A DNA stretch of 64,000 nt from Octopus vulgaris (taxonomy: Eukaryota): the NCBI GenBank assembly GCA_951406725.2, contig OX597827.1:45694001-45758000 (forward strand), written 5' to 3'. This document shows positions 29,003 through 43,329 of the stretch, piece after piece; within the stretch, counting starts at the first letter, position 1, and each line of letters begins with the position of its first letter. The translations under genes and the position numbers were made by a program. The notes under the pieces are model-generated. The model ran no database searches. It had not been told where the DNA came from and worked only from the letters and a program-made list of their open reading frames with translations.

Positions 29003-29195
29003 GGAATTTATCTGTAATATATGTGAAAGTTATTCGGTTTCCATTAATAAGACTCCGAGTTTCGGATGTCGGAGAAAAACCTGCTCCTCGATAACTGACG
29101 AGATGCCGGAGCAGGTTTCCGCCTCAACATCCGAAACTCGGAGTCTTATTATGGCAACCGAATGATTGTCACATATAATATTACAGATAAATTCC
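29003..29195. repeat. ~190-bp imperfect palindrome containing a hammerhead motif
   Basis: Arms include aataagactccgagtttcggatg / catccgaaactcggagtcttatt and gaatttatctgtaatat / atattacagataaattc. Confidence 0.85.
29091..29149 (+). ncRNA. Type-I hammerhead ribozyme-like motif
   Basis: ataa CTGACGA gatg..catc c GAAA ctc g gag TC ttat; one extra nucleotide at the stem II junction. Confidence 0.55.
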
Positions 29196-29699
29196 TAAAT
29201 ACACACATACACACGCACACACACACACATACACACGCACACACATACACATACACACACACAGGGGGTGAAGTGCTGAAAAGTTCCTGGTTTTGGGTAA
29301 AAGAAAATACAGGAGGAGTATTAGTTAATTACGATTTTATTCAACATCTTCCCCTCTCAGATTCACTAATTTATTGCAGAGGTCCTTCAGATTTTCTAAG
29401 CCCTGTAAAAGAATTCGGAAGGTTAGGCCCCAACCATGCCTTTCGTGATACCCTTAAAGCCAGGAACTTCGAAACACGGAGTAGTCGAAACAGGGGCAAC
29501 TGAAGAAGGGGAATATTCCTTGTGTTGTATGTCTTGTACTCTGTTTTTTTCGTTGTTTGAAAAATGTCCGTTTCCTTTTTTTGTTTTTATGTTTTCGTTT
29601 CTCATTGTGTTCTACGGTTTTTTTGTGTCCTTTACCCATATATGCATGTATATATATATACATATATATGTAGGTATGTACATATATGTATGTATATAT

Positions 29700-29716
29700 G
29701 CGCATGTTTTATTTTG

Positions 29717-29758
<42 letters not shown>

Positions 29759-29872
29759 ATATGTATATATATACTTATATATATATTATATATACATATA
29801 TATTTATATATGTATATATACATATATACGCATATATATATATGTGTATATGTATATATATACATATATGTA

Positions 29873-29914
<42 letters not shown>

Positions 29915-30025
29915 TGTGTGTGTGCATATATGGGTACAGGATGTCACCAACAGTAAACAACATGAAATACGAAAACTAATGAGTTAAATACGCAAATAAC
30001 GAAAGAAAAAAAAGACAAGTAATAC

Positions 30026-30077
<52 letters not shown>

Positions 30078-30106
30078 ATATATACTTATATATATATTAT
30101 ATATAC

Positions 30107-30138
<32 letters not shown>

Positions 30139-30185
30139 ACGCATATATATATATATGTATATGTATATATATACATATATGTATA

Positions 30186-30281
<96 letters not shown>

Positions 30282-30382
30282 TATACATATATGTATATAT
30301 ATACATATACATATATATATATATGCGTATATATGTATATATACATATATAAATATACATGTATATATAATATATATATAAG

Positions 30383-30439
<57 letters not shown>

Positions 30440-30648
30440 ATAGTATTACTTGTCTTTTTTTCTTTCGTTATTTGCGTATTTAACTCATTAGTTTTCGTAT
30501 TTCATGTTGTTTACTGTTGGTGACATCCTGTACCCATATATGCACACACACAAACATATATATATATATATATACACATATATACATATATGTATATATA
30601 TACATATACATATATATATATATGCGTATATATGTATATATACGTATA

Positions 30649-30708
<60 letters not shown>

Positions 30709-30710
30709 TA
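29700..30710. repeat. Large inverted duplication centred on (TA)n
   Basis: Unique ~115-bp block 29915-30028 recurs reverse-complemented at about 30440-30553. Confidence 0.85.
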
Positions 30711-31301
30711 CTAACATTTAGCAGAAGTAACAGAGTCACTCTCAGACCTTTGAGTCACTCTATTTATTACTCCTGCTATATATTAATAAAAATATACATA
30801 TACTCATGTGTGTGTGTGAGAGTGTGTGGGTATGTGTGTGTGTGTTTGTGTGTGCGTAAATACGTCGTAGTTTCTACACACACACAGACACACATTTATA
30901 CGGACAAATAACTCCCAATGAAATTCCTTTCCGATTACTCTCGAGATCCGACGCTATGACACAACAGGTTCTGTCATGAATGATGTCGAAAAATGTAGGA
31001 TGTGGAGGCGAGGTGAGGGAGGTGCGATGCACAAGATTAAAAATAAATAAATAAATAAATCATAAACTCCGTCATTCATTGTCGCCATCATTAACGTCGT
31101 CTGCCATTTTCCCCTCTGTCTCCGCTCACCTCTGGACTCCATCGTCACCGCCGTCACGGAACCACCATTACCTCTACTTAACACCTTCCCCCTCCCCCGA
31201 CACGTTCCCACCATTTCTTCGCTTCATGCTTTTCATTCATTCATTCATTCATTCTTTCCATATTCATCCTTCGTCAATCTTCTTCAACACGTTGGTGCGA
31301 T

Positions 31302-31323
31302 GGAATCCAGAACTGGTGTCGCT
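31302..31323 (-). other. Conserved 22-nt element copy 7 (subfamily B)
   Basis: ggaatccagaactggtgtcgct preceded by cttcgtcaatcttcttcaacacgttggtgcgat. Confidence 0.9.
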
Positions 31324-31390
31324 TCCGAGGCGTCATTCCTACAAATCTCCACAAAAGTGTACGCGTGCGCGCGCGCACACACACACGGAC

Positions 31391-31430
<40 letters not shown>

Positions 31431-31589
31431 GAACACATTCATACAGACACACATGTATAGGCACACAGACACATACATACGCACACACAAACATTTTACA
31501 CACACAACTAGACATGCACACGCACGTTCACAAATATATACCCACACATACACAATATACATATTTGTGTATATGTATATGTACACACG

Positions 31590-31626
<37 letters not shown>

Positions 31627-31779
31627 GTAGTGACGTGGGCTTTCAGCGTGAATAAAATAAAATATTTTGGCGGTTCCGCATGAATATCTAATTGATTGTC
31701 TGACTGCTGGTATGTCAGTACTTTCCTTTTATGTATATATTATAATAAGAGATATATATGTCTCTCTCTCTCTCTCTTT

Positions 31780-32760
<981 letters not shown>

Positions 32761-33149
32761 GAATGGTCTTGCTGATTTTCATCTTTCAGGTATCGTAATC
32801 ATTCATACTACAGACGCTAGGGAGCTACATTCATCTTGTAGCAATATTCAGGCATACTTTGACTCAAAAGTGTTATCACATATCTTCTTGCCCCAAATAT
32901 AATTAGACAGCTCTGTAAGTGTTTCGGCCCCTTCCATCATGACACCAGGACTGCTTGGGGTCTTCCACCGATATAGGCAACAAAACATCTACACAACAGC
33001 ACGAGGTTTGTTAAGTTAGATGTTGTGACTTTGGGCCAGATGTTTCGACCATCTTCAACTCTCATTCTTGATGCATCGCTCGGCTTCTCTTGAGCCAGAT
33101 GTAATGGCTTCCTTTCTCAGCGGCCTCCGACTGTTTTCTGGCAACATCT

Positions 33150-33420
33150 TTTGTAGCCTTCATAGCTAGTCCAGCATCCTTGAGCATCGAATGAACCCTG
33201 GTGACAACAAATCCTCTAGCACTTACTTATCTCTAAAGGAAGACATATTGATTCCCATCCATTGTTTTTACAGAATCCAACCAACTTACCATATTTTATG
33301 TTTTTCCTAAGGAAAAAACTTCGATATTCGCTTTCCAGGGAACTATCATCTTTACCGTCTTCCTTTCTTGGCGCCGTATGACAAAATCGAGTCTGTTTAT
33401 GGCAGAAAATAGGAAGTGAT
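33150..33420 (-). pseudogene. Fragment of a restriction-like-endonuclease non-LTR retrotransposon (HERO/NeSL-type C-terminus)
   Basis: Minus strand RLDFV..MIVPWKANIE..YGKLVGFCKNNGWESICLPLE..ARGFV resembles RPD..ELTVPWE..KY..GW..PVEVG.RGF. Confidence 0.55.
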
Positions 33421-34306
33421 ATTTATCATCAAGATCAACAGAAAACTCTTCTCCGGTTTATTTTGAATACCAGATTTACAAACTCCTCAGAGGCCAGTAG
33501 ATATATTCTTTTTACTGTATTTTCCCACTACTGCGTTAATGTTACGTGGTCAATTGACTTCCAAAACAGAATATATTTTTATTTTGTGGTCTGAAGCAAC
33601 ACGAAATCATTTGTGTTTAATTTCGTTGCAGTTTTTATTTTGAAGTTCTACCATTATTCTCTCGATCCATCATTCTTTATATATTCGTCTTTGTTCTATA
33701 TTATATATTTTGATCCTCATTCCATTACACTGGCAGTTACATCGTTTTATGGTGTTAGTGGTATAAAATGATATTTTTACCATTGACAAAAATAGTCTTA
33801 CTGCCTTTAATTTTGGTCTTGCTTAGTCTACATATGTTGCCAGCCGATGATTTCCGTCTTTCATATAGTAGGCACTTTTGTAATCCTACGATTGCATGGA
33901 AATACTTTTCAGGACGAGATGTTATAAATTTATTAATATTCAATATCAGTATTTTAGTTTGATTTAATCCTCCTTATAACTTTTCTCTTCAAGTACTCCT
34001 GTAAAACCTTTTCAGTAAACTGATATTTTTTTTCACTTTGGTTGCGGTTTGAGTAGGATTTTCCAATCTTCTTTAGAGACGAATTTGTGTCATTCTTTTA
34101 TTTCAGTTCTCCTCAGATTCTTCAGTTATCCCAAAGTATTTAAGTATGTTTGTGCGTGTATGTATGTTTGTATGTGCGTACGTATGCATATACGTACTCA
34201 TGTTTGTAAATAGGTATGTAATAATGTAGGTAGGCATATGTATACATGTGTATGTATATATGTTTGTATGTATGTATATATCTATATATAAATGTATATG
34301 CATATG

Positions 34307-34374
<68 letters not shown>

Positions 34375-34376
34375 TG

Positions 34377-34412
<36 letters not shown>

Positions 34413-34957
34413 TGTATGTATGTATATATATATTCCTCAAAGAGAGTAGAGTTTCTGGACAAGTAACTCAAAACAGTGCCGTATCAAATAGGTGAGATCG
34501 GTAGCAGTCTTAAGAGAGTAGTTACCAGCATATATATGCAGAATGGTGTCGCATCCGTTCACAATCATTGTTCGACAATCAACTGCTCAAACAGTCAATC
34601 AAAATGGCCCGATTTTCTTTGCTTCAGATTCATCCCAAAACAAAGGGAAGAAACTGCAAAGCAGGTTGATCTTCAGCATGATCATAATAATTTATTAAGA
34701 AACCTTGCGTAATATAACTGGGACAAAATTAAAATGTTTTTGTGTATATAAATTATTTGTTGCTTTTGAAGTATCTTCTTTCGTCAATGTGAAAGAAGTA
34801 TTGTATTCATACAATATATGTTACTTACTGACAAAACCCTTCTGTACTCGCTACTAGGTTTCTGTGTTTTTAACAGTATATGTCTCTAAGATACACTTTC
34901 TCCAGACGAATGCCGTAGTTTAGTATAGGCTTTCAACAAATACACACTTAAAGTACA

Positions 34958-35183
34958 CTCTTTTACTTGTTTCAGTCATTTGACTGTGGCCATGCTGGAG
35001 CACCGCCTTTAGCAGAGCAAACCCTTGGACTTATCCTTTGTAAGCCTAGTACTTATTCTATCGGTATCCTTTCCCGAACCGCTAAGTTACGGGGACGTAA
35101 ACACACCAGCATTGGTTGTCAAGCGATGTTGGGGGAACAAACACAGATACACAAATGTATATACACACATACATATATATATG

Positions 35184-35255
<72 letters not shown>

Positions 35256-35425
35256 TATATACGACGGGCTTCTTTCAGTTTCCGTCCACCAAATCCACTC
35301 ACAAGGCTTTGGTCGGACCGAGGCTATAGTAGAAGACACTTGCCCAAGGTGCCACGCAGTGGGACTGAACCCGAAACCATGTGGTTGGTAAGCAAACTAC
35401 TTACGACACAGCCACTCATACGCCT
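34958..35425 (-). mobile_element. CORE-like SINE copy
   Basis: Family match. Confidence 0.8.
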
Positions 35426-35712
35426 ATGTATACAATTCTTTAATTTTGAATTAATACTGCTTTCATCGCTAATACTTTATCAAGTAGCAGCCGATGTTCG
35501 CTTGACATGAAGTGACGTGGATGTTTGCTTCTGATGGGGGCTAACAAGAACATATGTGGATTCAGCAATTGCACCATAATTTTTGGGCGACCTTCGTCTG
35601 CAGCTGATGTTTTTCTGTGCTTTTAATATGTATCTATAAGAGATGCTTTCTAAAGACGATTACCACCGTTTAGGAAAGCTTTCAACAAAGACAGAGGGGA
35701 GAGTAGTCAAGC

Positions 35713-35744
<32 letters not shown>

Positions 35745-36177
35745 CGGAGAGAGAGAAAAAGAGAGATAGAGAGAGGACGACGGCGTCTGTAAGAGAGGGG
35801 AGTTCTTAAGGAAAATAAAATAAAACTTAAATATGTATACAATTTTGTTTAAATCTTCCAATGTAAATTGTAACTCGTTAAACGCCACATATATCCCTGT
35901 GGATCATCGCAAAATTCACGCAACTACCATATGTACCACTGATGGTACATTTTCATAATTTTAGAAAATATTTTATTCTGTATTTTTGACATGGTGTTGA
36001 GGATATTTAAATAACATGAGCGCTAAATATTAAATTTTAATTACGAAATATTGTAAGAATGCAAAAAGAATTACATTCCCTTATAATTAGATAGTATGCA
36101 GTGTGGCCGCTCGAAATACGTGGCGCCACAAGTAAGTTCCATTAACAGGTAGTGGTGGTTAACGTGTTAAGAGAATG

Positions 36178-36330
36178 TTTAAAGTACATGTGATGGTGTC
36201 ACTAATCTGTGAAGTTATGCGTGAAAATTCACTAATTAAAGGTGTATTAAAAGTACATGTGATGGTGTCACTAATTTGTGAAGTTATGCGTGAAAATTCA
36301 CTAATTAAAGGTGTTTTAAAAGTACATACA
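36178..36330. repeat. 69-bp tandem duplication (~2.2 units)
   Basis: taaagtacatgtgatggtgtcactaat.. repeated at 69-bp spacing. Confidence 0.9.
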
Positions 36331-36909
36331 TACCAAAGGTATATCGCATTTTCTAGTAAATTAAATGCTATTATATGGTGACAGAACACACTGAAAAGCA
36401 ACTACATTTTAATAGAAAGGATGTTATGTATATATGTACTATTTGTGTACATAGTAATGTGTGTGTGGTGTGTATGTGCGCCACCAATCTAGTTCCGCTT
36501 GTCTACTAAGATGGCCGCTGCTCTGCTCTAGTGAATACTTCACCGAATTGAACGTCTTTTAACACGAGTTGCCTGTCTTGCGAAATATTGTATTTAGTAT
36601 GTATGCATGCGTGTATGTATGTATGTATGTATGTATGTATGTATGTATGTATGTATGTATGTATGTATGTATGCATGCATGCATGTGTGTGTGTTTGCAT
36701 TTATATATGCATGTGTGTGTGTGTTTGCATTTATGTATGCATATATGTATGTATGGGCGAATGTAAATATGGATGCGTAGATATGTGTATATGTGTGTGC
36801 ATGTATATATTCATTGTATGTATCTCTGAATGCATACATGTGTGTGTGTGTGTGCGTGTATGGGTGTGCGTGTGTGTGTGTGTGTGTGCATGTTTCTGTA
36901 TGTGTCTAC

Positions 36910-36962
<53 letters not shown>

Positions 36963-37043
36963 TGAATATATTTAGGTATATATATGCATGAACTGTGTGC
37001 GTGTATATATATATATAAATATATAAGATATATACATATAATT

Positions 37044-37077
<34 letters not shown>

Positions 37078-37955
37078 ATGTATGTATGTATGTATGTATG
37101 TATGTATGTATGTATGTATGTATGAATGTATGTATGTGTATATGTCTACGTATATGTGTGTGTGTGTGTGTGTGTACGTGTGCGCGCGCATGTTTGTATT
37201 CTGACGATCGATAGAATTGAAATAGAGGAAAAGACACCAACAGACAAGAGAGACAGACAGAAAAAAAATGAGAGAGAGAGAGACAAGTATAGAAACCAGA
37301 GAATAACATTACGTATTTAGTTTGACATACATATAGTCGGAGATCAAGCGAGGGAGTGAGACAGGGAGAAAGAAATCAAGCGAGAGAGAGAGAGACGGAG
37401 AGAGACGGAAAGAGAGAGAGAGAGAGAGACGGAAAGAGAGAGAGACGGAAAGAGTGAGAGAGACGGAGAGAAATGGAGAGTGAGAGAGAGAGACGGAAAG
37501 AGTGAAAGAGACAGAGAGAAATGGAGAGTGAGAGAGAGAGACGGAAAGAGTGAGAGAGAGAGACGGAAAGAGTGAGAGAGAGAGACGGAAAGAGTGAGAG
37601 AGAGATGGAAAGAGTGAGAGAAACGGAGAGAGAGAGAAAGAGAGATAAAGAGAGGACGACGATGTCTGTAAGAGAGAAAGAGGGAGTGAGAGAGAAAGAG
37701 GGAGTGAGAGAGCTTAAGGAAAATAAAATATTACACAAAGAAAGAAAGAGTAGGAGAAAGAATCAAAGGTGAAGAAAGTCTAGAGAGGTGAGAGAGGGAA
37801 AGAGAGAGAGAGAGTAATGTAGTATGAATGAGATGTGGAAAGTTCCTCCAGATTTTTTAATATATTTTTTAATTGTTTATATCTTTTCTTTTCCCCCGCC
37901 ACTTATTTTATTTATTTTTTCTTCATTTATTTATTCACGTAGTATTTGGTTTGGA

Positions 37956-37977
37956 AGCGACACCAGTTCTGGATTCC
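37956..37977 (+). other. Conserved 22-nt element copy 8 (subfamily B, inverted relative to copies 4-7)
   Basis: agcgacaccagttctggattcc followed by atcgtaacaacgtgttgaattgattgacgaaggg. Confidence 0.9.
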
Positions 37978-38419
37978 ATCGTAACAACGTGTTGAATTGA
38001 TTGACGAAGGGATGGATGGATGATGGATGAATGGTGTTTATATATATTATATATATATTATATGTATGGATAGATAGGTAGATGAATGGTATAACGGGTG
38101 GATGGTGGTTAGTTGTATGTGTGTGTGTGTGTGTTTGTGCCGAGAAGGAGAGGAATGGTGAGTGGGTACTTTCGATTCAGGGCTATCGTATGTAGCTATG
38201 ACGAAAGGAGATAGAATTTTTTTCTATCCTTTTCCGTCTTCAAACCACCCTTCCCTTTTAATCATCCACATTAATCGTATGACAGTCACCAACCAACATG
38301 TTCTATGTAGCGTTACCATTTTGCACAAACACTCACTATATGTATGCACACATATATATATATAATACACACATATTTATACCTCGCTTTTCTAACTTCC
38401 TAGGCACAACAAAATACAT

Positions 38420-38455
<36 letters not shown>

Positions 38456-38650
38456 GTGCGTGTGTGTGTGTATAAAAGTATATATGTGTGTGTGTATACA
38501 CATACATTCTTTTACCGAAAGGATGAAGGGTTTAGTCGAAGGACAAAGGGACACCTGAACTTATATGTTTTAAAGCCCGGTAGGGATACCAGTTCTTGTG
38601 TAAACAAACCAACAACAGTTGTCAATCGGTGAGTGGGGAACAAACACAAA

Positions 38651-38692
<42 letters not shown>

Positions 38693-38708
38693 CTATCTCT
38701 CTCACACA

Positions 38709-38751
<43 letters not shown>

Positions 38752-38883
38752 ATATAGAGGGCATTATACATACATGCCAGAGGGCATTATACATACATGC
38801 CACACGCTAAGAGGGACAATTAGTCATTTCTACCAAAAATATTACTAATCCCACCGAATGCAATTTTTCAAAGTAAGACATTT

Positions 38884-38923
<40 letters not shown>

Positions 38924-38973
38924 GCACTCACACGCATACACATACACATACATGCACACCTCACACACACACG

Positions 38974-39005
<32 letters not shown>

Positions 39006-39221
39006 AGACGAGCTTCTTTCAGTTTCCGTAACCCCAATTTCACTCACAAGACTTTGGCCAGTCCGGAGTTACGTTGCAGAGGACACTCGATCAAGGAGCT
39101 ACAAAATGGGATTGAACCTGGAACCATGTTGTTTGGGAAGCAAACTTGTCATCACACAGGCTTACCTGCACGCATGTGTGTGTGCGTATGTATGTAGGTA
39201 GGTAGGTAAAATATGTAGATA

Positions 39222-39608
39222 TATGGCGGTTGATGCGTGTCGTTAGATGACGAAGATTTAGTTGCATGCTCAGCTGAATTACCTGCCCCTGAGTTAACGC
39301 AGCATTAACTTAAATGCTCAGGTGGAATCAATGTGATAGAGTTGTTATAGTGAAAATGGTAAGCCCGTTTCCACGCGACATAGTTGTATGACCCAGCCAC
39401 TATGAAGTCAGACGGTCAGTCGTTGTAGGAGGTCAGTAGTAGTAGGGTCGTTTTACGAGTTCTCATTTGGAGTCAATAATGTCAGTTACGTGATATATAC
39501 GAGATTGAGTTACCGTGAAAGTAGACATGTCAAAGTCATTGTCTTGCGGAGTTGTCAGCGATAGCACGATAGACGAGTCAAAGATAATAAGACGTGGAAT
39601 ACCACCAC
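39222..39608. mobile_element. Possible solo LTR
   Basis: Complex ~390-bp block with ends tatggcgg / ccaccaca (degenerate TG..CA) and flanks agata/acata. Confidence 0.35.
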
Positions 39609-39629
39609 AACATAATAATGGCGACAAAA

Positions 39630-40212
39630 ATATTCTTTTTTACTCTAAGCACAAGGCCCGAAATTTTCGGTGAGGGGGCCAGTCGATTAGATCGACGCTA
39701 GTGTGCAACTGGTACTTAATTTATCTACCCCGGAACGATGAAAGGTAAAGTCGACCTCGGTGGAATTTCAACTCAGAACGTAAAGACAGACGAAATACCT
39801 GTTTCTTTATTACTCACAAGGGGCTAAACATAGAGGGGGAAAACAAGGACAGACAAACGGATTAAGTCGATTACATCGACCCCAGTGCGTAAATGGTACT
39901 TATTTAATCGACCCCGAAAGGATGAAAGGTAAAGTCGACCTCGGCAGAATTTGAACTCAGAACGTAAATACAGACGAAATACCTGTTTCTTTATTACCCA
40001 CAAGAGGCTAAACATTGAGGGAACAAACAAGGACAGACAAACGGATTAAGTCGATTACATCGACCCCAGTGCGTAAATGGTACTTATTTAATCGACCCCG
40101 AAAGGATGAAAGGCAAAGTCGACCTCGGCGGAATTTGAACTCACAACGTAACGGCAGACGAAATACTGCTACGCATTTCGCCCGGCGTGCTAACGTTTCT
40201 GACAGCTCGCTG
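39630..40212 (-). mobile_element. Tandem triplet of Meta-like SINE bodies
   Basis: aaagtcgacctcgg..aactcagaacgta recurs at ~180-bp spacing. Confidence 0.8.
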
Positions 40213-40462
40213 CCTTGGCGACAAATATATGACAGTGCCGACAATAACATACAAGTGGACGAGGATCCACATTATAACTAGAGTGTATACCAAGGCAGTC
40301 TGCATTTGTCGGGCATCTGTACAGTTTCCATTCACAAGCCATGTAAAGGCGATCCGAAACCATGGAAAATGACATTTTCCCAAGGTGACTCATAGTGGAA
40401 TCAAGTTCGGAACTCATATCTGTTAAATGAACTTCTTAACTAGTCAACTGCACTGCGTTTAA

Positions 40463-40501
<39 letters not shown>

Positions 40502-40901
40502 CACACACACACACATGCACACATGCACACATACACACACGCACACATACACATACACACACGCATACACATGTATATAGCGGAATGAGACGAGTGAATG
40601 CAGCTGCTCGAGCACTGGTGATCTGGCTTGGCTCGTTGGACATTCAATCTCTTTTGGTGACAGTATGTCATTGCGATAGAGGAAAACACACAGATGTACC
40701 TGTGCGCAAAAATATACACATACAGGTATAAAGATAATGAGATTGATAGATAAATAGATAGATAGATAGAGAGGGAGAAAGAGAGAGAATGAAGAACAGA
40801 AAGAATGTGAGCAACATTAAAACGTATGATGTCAGATAAGTCAGCGTTGAATCACCGAAGCCAAATACGTGGCGCCAACGTGGCTGTGTTAAAACATCTT
40901 A

Positions 40902-40929
40902 TCGGCCTTTTGGCTAAGATCAAAGTGTA

Positions 40930-40932
<3 letters not shown>
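40902..40932 (+). pseudogene. 5' fragment of U2 snRNA running into (TA)n
   Basis: tcggccttttggctaagatcaaagtgtagta matches U2 stem I and the branch-point recognition sequence GTAGTA. Confidence 0.85.
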
Positions 40933-40981
<49 letters not shown>

Positions 40982-41220
40982 TTATAAATATATAAATCTT
41001 TATATGTGTGTGTATATATATACACATCTATATATATATATATATGTATGTTTATACGTAAATATGCATATATGCAACTGTTTTAACCAACGTTTTAACT
41101 CCTGGTAAGGTTGGGCATTTTGGGTGGTAAGTATATAAACACACAAGTCTGTTTATGTGTGGGGAGGACTGTTATACCTTTTTCTGTCTCTGTCTGTCTG
41201 TCTGTATGTATGTATGCATA

Positions 41221-41279
<59 letters not shown>

Positions 41280-41347
41280 GTTAAATAAAATAGATAGCAA
41301 AGCCAAGGCAATGTGATATTTCTAGCACATTTATAAAGAGAAAGGTG

Positions 41348-41395
41348 GTCTTACAGCAGTTTCAGGGAAATAAATGGTATCCCATCATCAGAGAC
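41348..41395 (-). ncRNA. Type-I hammerhead ribozyme-like motif
   Basis: Minus: gtct CTGATGA t ggga..tccc t GAAA c tgct g TA agac. Confidence 0.65.
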
Positions 41396-42459
41396 GAGTT
41401 AAATGAGCTTCTTATGTTTCATAGTTAGCAGAATCTTGGAAGTAGTAATTATCTAAGCGAGGGGCAATCCGCTAGCTACTCGTCGGGTCAAAGATACCTT
41501 AGTCAAGAGAAGTTTACATTGTCATCAAGGAACCTCATGTTGACTCGCAGGAGATTCGATTGAAAATACTTCGATACGGGAAAAATTTACAACCTCCCAC
41601 GCCAATAAGCCACTATTGTTCCTGAAAGTTGTCTTTTATGTCTTCTATGGACTTCTCGAAGCTTACTTACTTCCTACACCTTGATCCTTGGATCTTACCT
41701 TTACACACACACACACACACACACATGCGTAAGTGTTGAAAATGTGTGTTCAACACAGCATTGGTGTTGAAGTATTTTTGTGTATTTCTTTATTAAAAGT
41801 ATTTCTTTACTAAAACTATTTCTTTATTTGTGAATGAAGGCTACCATTGGTTTCACGTTAAAAAGATTAGAAAATATTTTAATATCTTAACGGTTTTTCA
41901 AGCAGATCACATGGAAGAATGGTGTTCGTCTCTATTTTGGATAAACACAAAGTATGTATGTATGTATTTATGTATGTGTATGCGTATGTGATTGTCTTTA
42001 CGACTTTGTGTGTTACATGTTATCCATCCAGCATAAGTATACACACATGCACACCGACACACACACACGTGCGCACAAACAAACAAAAAGAACGCAGCTC
42101 CGATAACGGACAGAGTCAACAATTATTGAAAAGGCTGCAAGAAGCAACGAAAATTTTAGAAAAAAAAAAAATAAATGAGTGGAAATTGAACCGGTGAGTG
42201 TGTTAATTAATAAGGCATTAAAACAGAATGTTTCTCCCCAGACGCAACAAAATTTATTACATTGTTTGCTGAAAACCTATCAGAAAAGCAAACCTCTGAC
42301 AGAAAACTAGCGTTGCGCGAAAAATCCAATGGCAGAAGGACAAGATTAAAGAAATGCAGCACTTAATGGACACCAGTGATATCAGGAAGAGTCAAAATGC
42401 CGTCAGCTAGGCAAGACGCATGCCTTGAAAAGAGAGAGCAGAGGCCACAAGCAAATCTT

Positions 42460-42621
42460 CGGCTGTGTTGTAAGTAGCTTGCTTACCAACCACATGGTTC
42501 CGGGTTCAGTCCCACTGCGTGGCACCTTGGGCAAGTGTCTTCTTCTCTAGCCTCGGGCCGACCAAAGCCTTGTGAGTGGATTTGATAGACGGAAACTGAA
42601 AGAAGCCCGTCGTATATATGC

Positions 42622-42690
<69 letters not shown>

Positions 42691-42900
42691 CGTTTGTGTG
42701 TCTGTGTTTGTTCCCCCCAACATCGCTTGACAACGGGTGCTGGTGTGTTTACGTCCCCGTAACTTAGCGGCTCGGCAAAGGAGACCGATAGAATAAGTAC
42801 TAAGCTTACAAACAATAAGTCCGGGGGTCGATTTGCTCGACTAAAGGCGGTGCTCCAGCATAGCCATAGTCAAATGACTGAAACAAGTAAAAGAGAATAT
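42460..42900 (+). mobile_element. CORE-like SINE copy
   Basis: Family match. Confidence 0.8.
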
Positions 42901-43329
42901 AAAAGAAAGCCAGTTAACCCATGTCAACGGTTTTAATCAGGCAACAAGTTGCACTGACGGTAATCTTCTTGGGCCGAGATCAGCAATTAGCGCACGACAA
43001 TTGTTATTTACGTTTCAACCGCTTTAAAGCATGCTCTGTTTATTTACGTAAACTGTCATCACTGCGAGGACCGTAAATTCAACGAAACTAGCGTAGCTGG
43101 TTGTGACTAAATTCCGCTGAATGTGTACGAATTTGATGGGAAGTCATAATAGAAATGGTAGTGCAACCGTCATGACTGCTGCTTTTATACTATTATGGTG
43201 ATGAAGCCGCGAACTGAGTTGGAAATATTTACACGAAGAGTCTAACGAACCTATCACATTCCTTGAAATGTGCATGGTGGCTTCTATTATCGATACCGTG
43301 AGTGATAGTAGATGGGACTGCGTATATTT

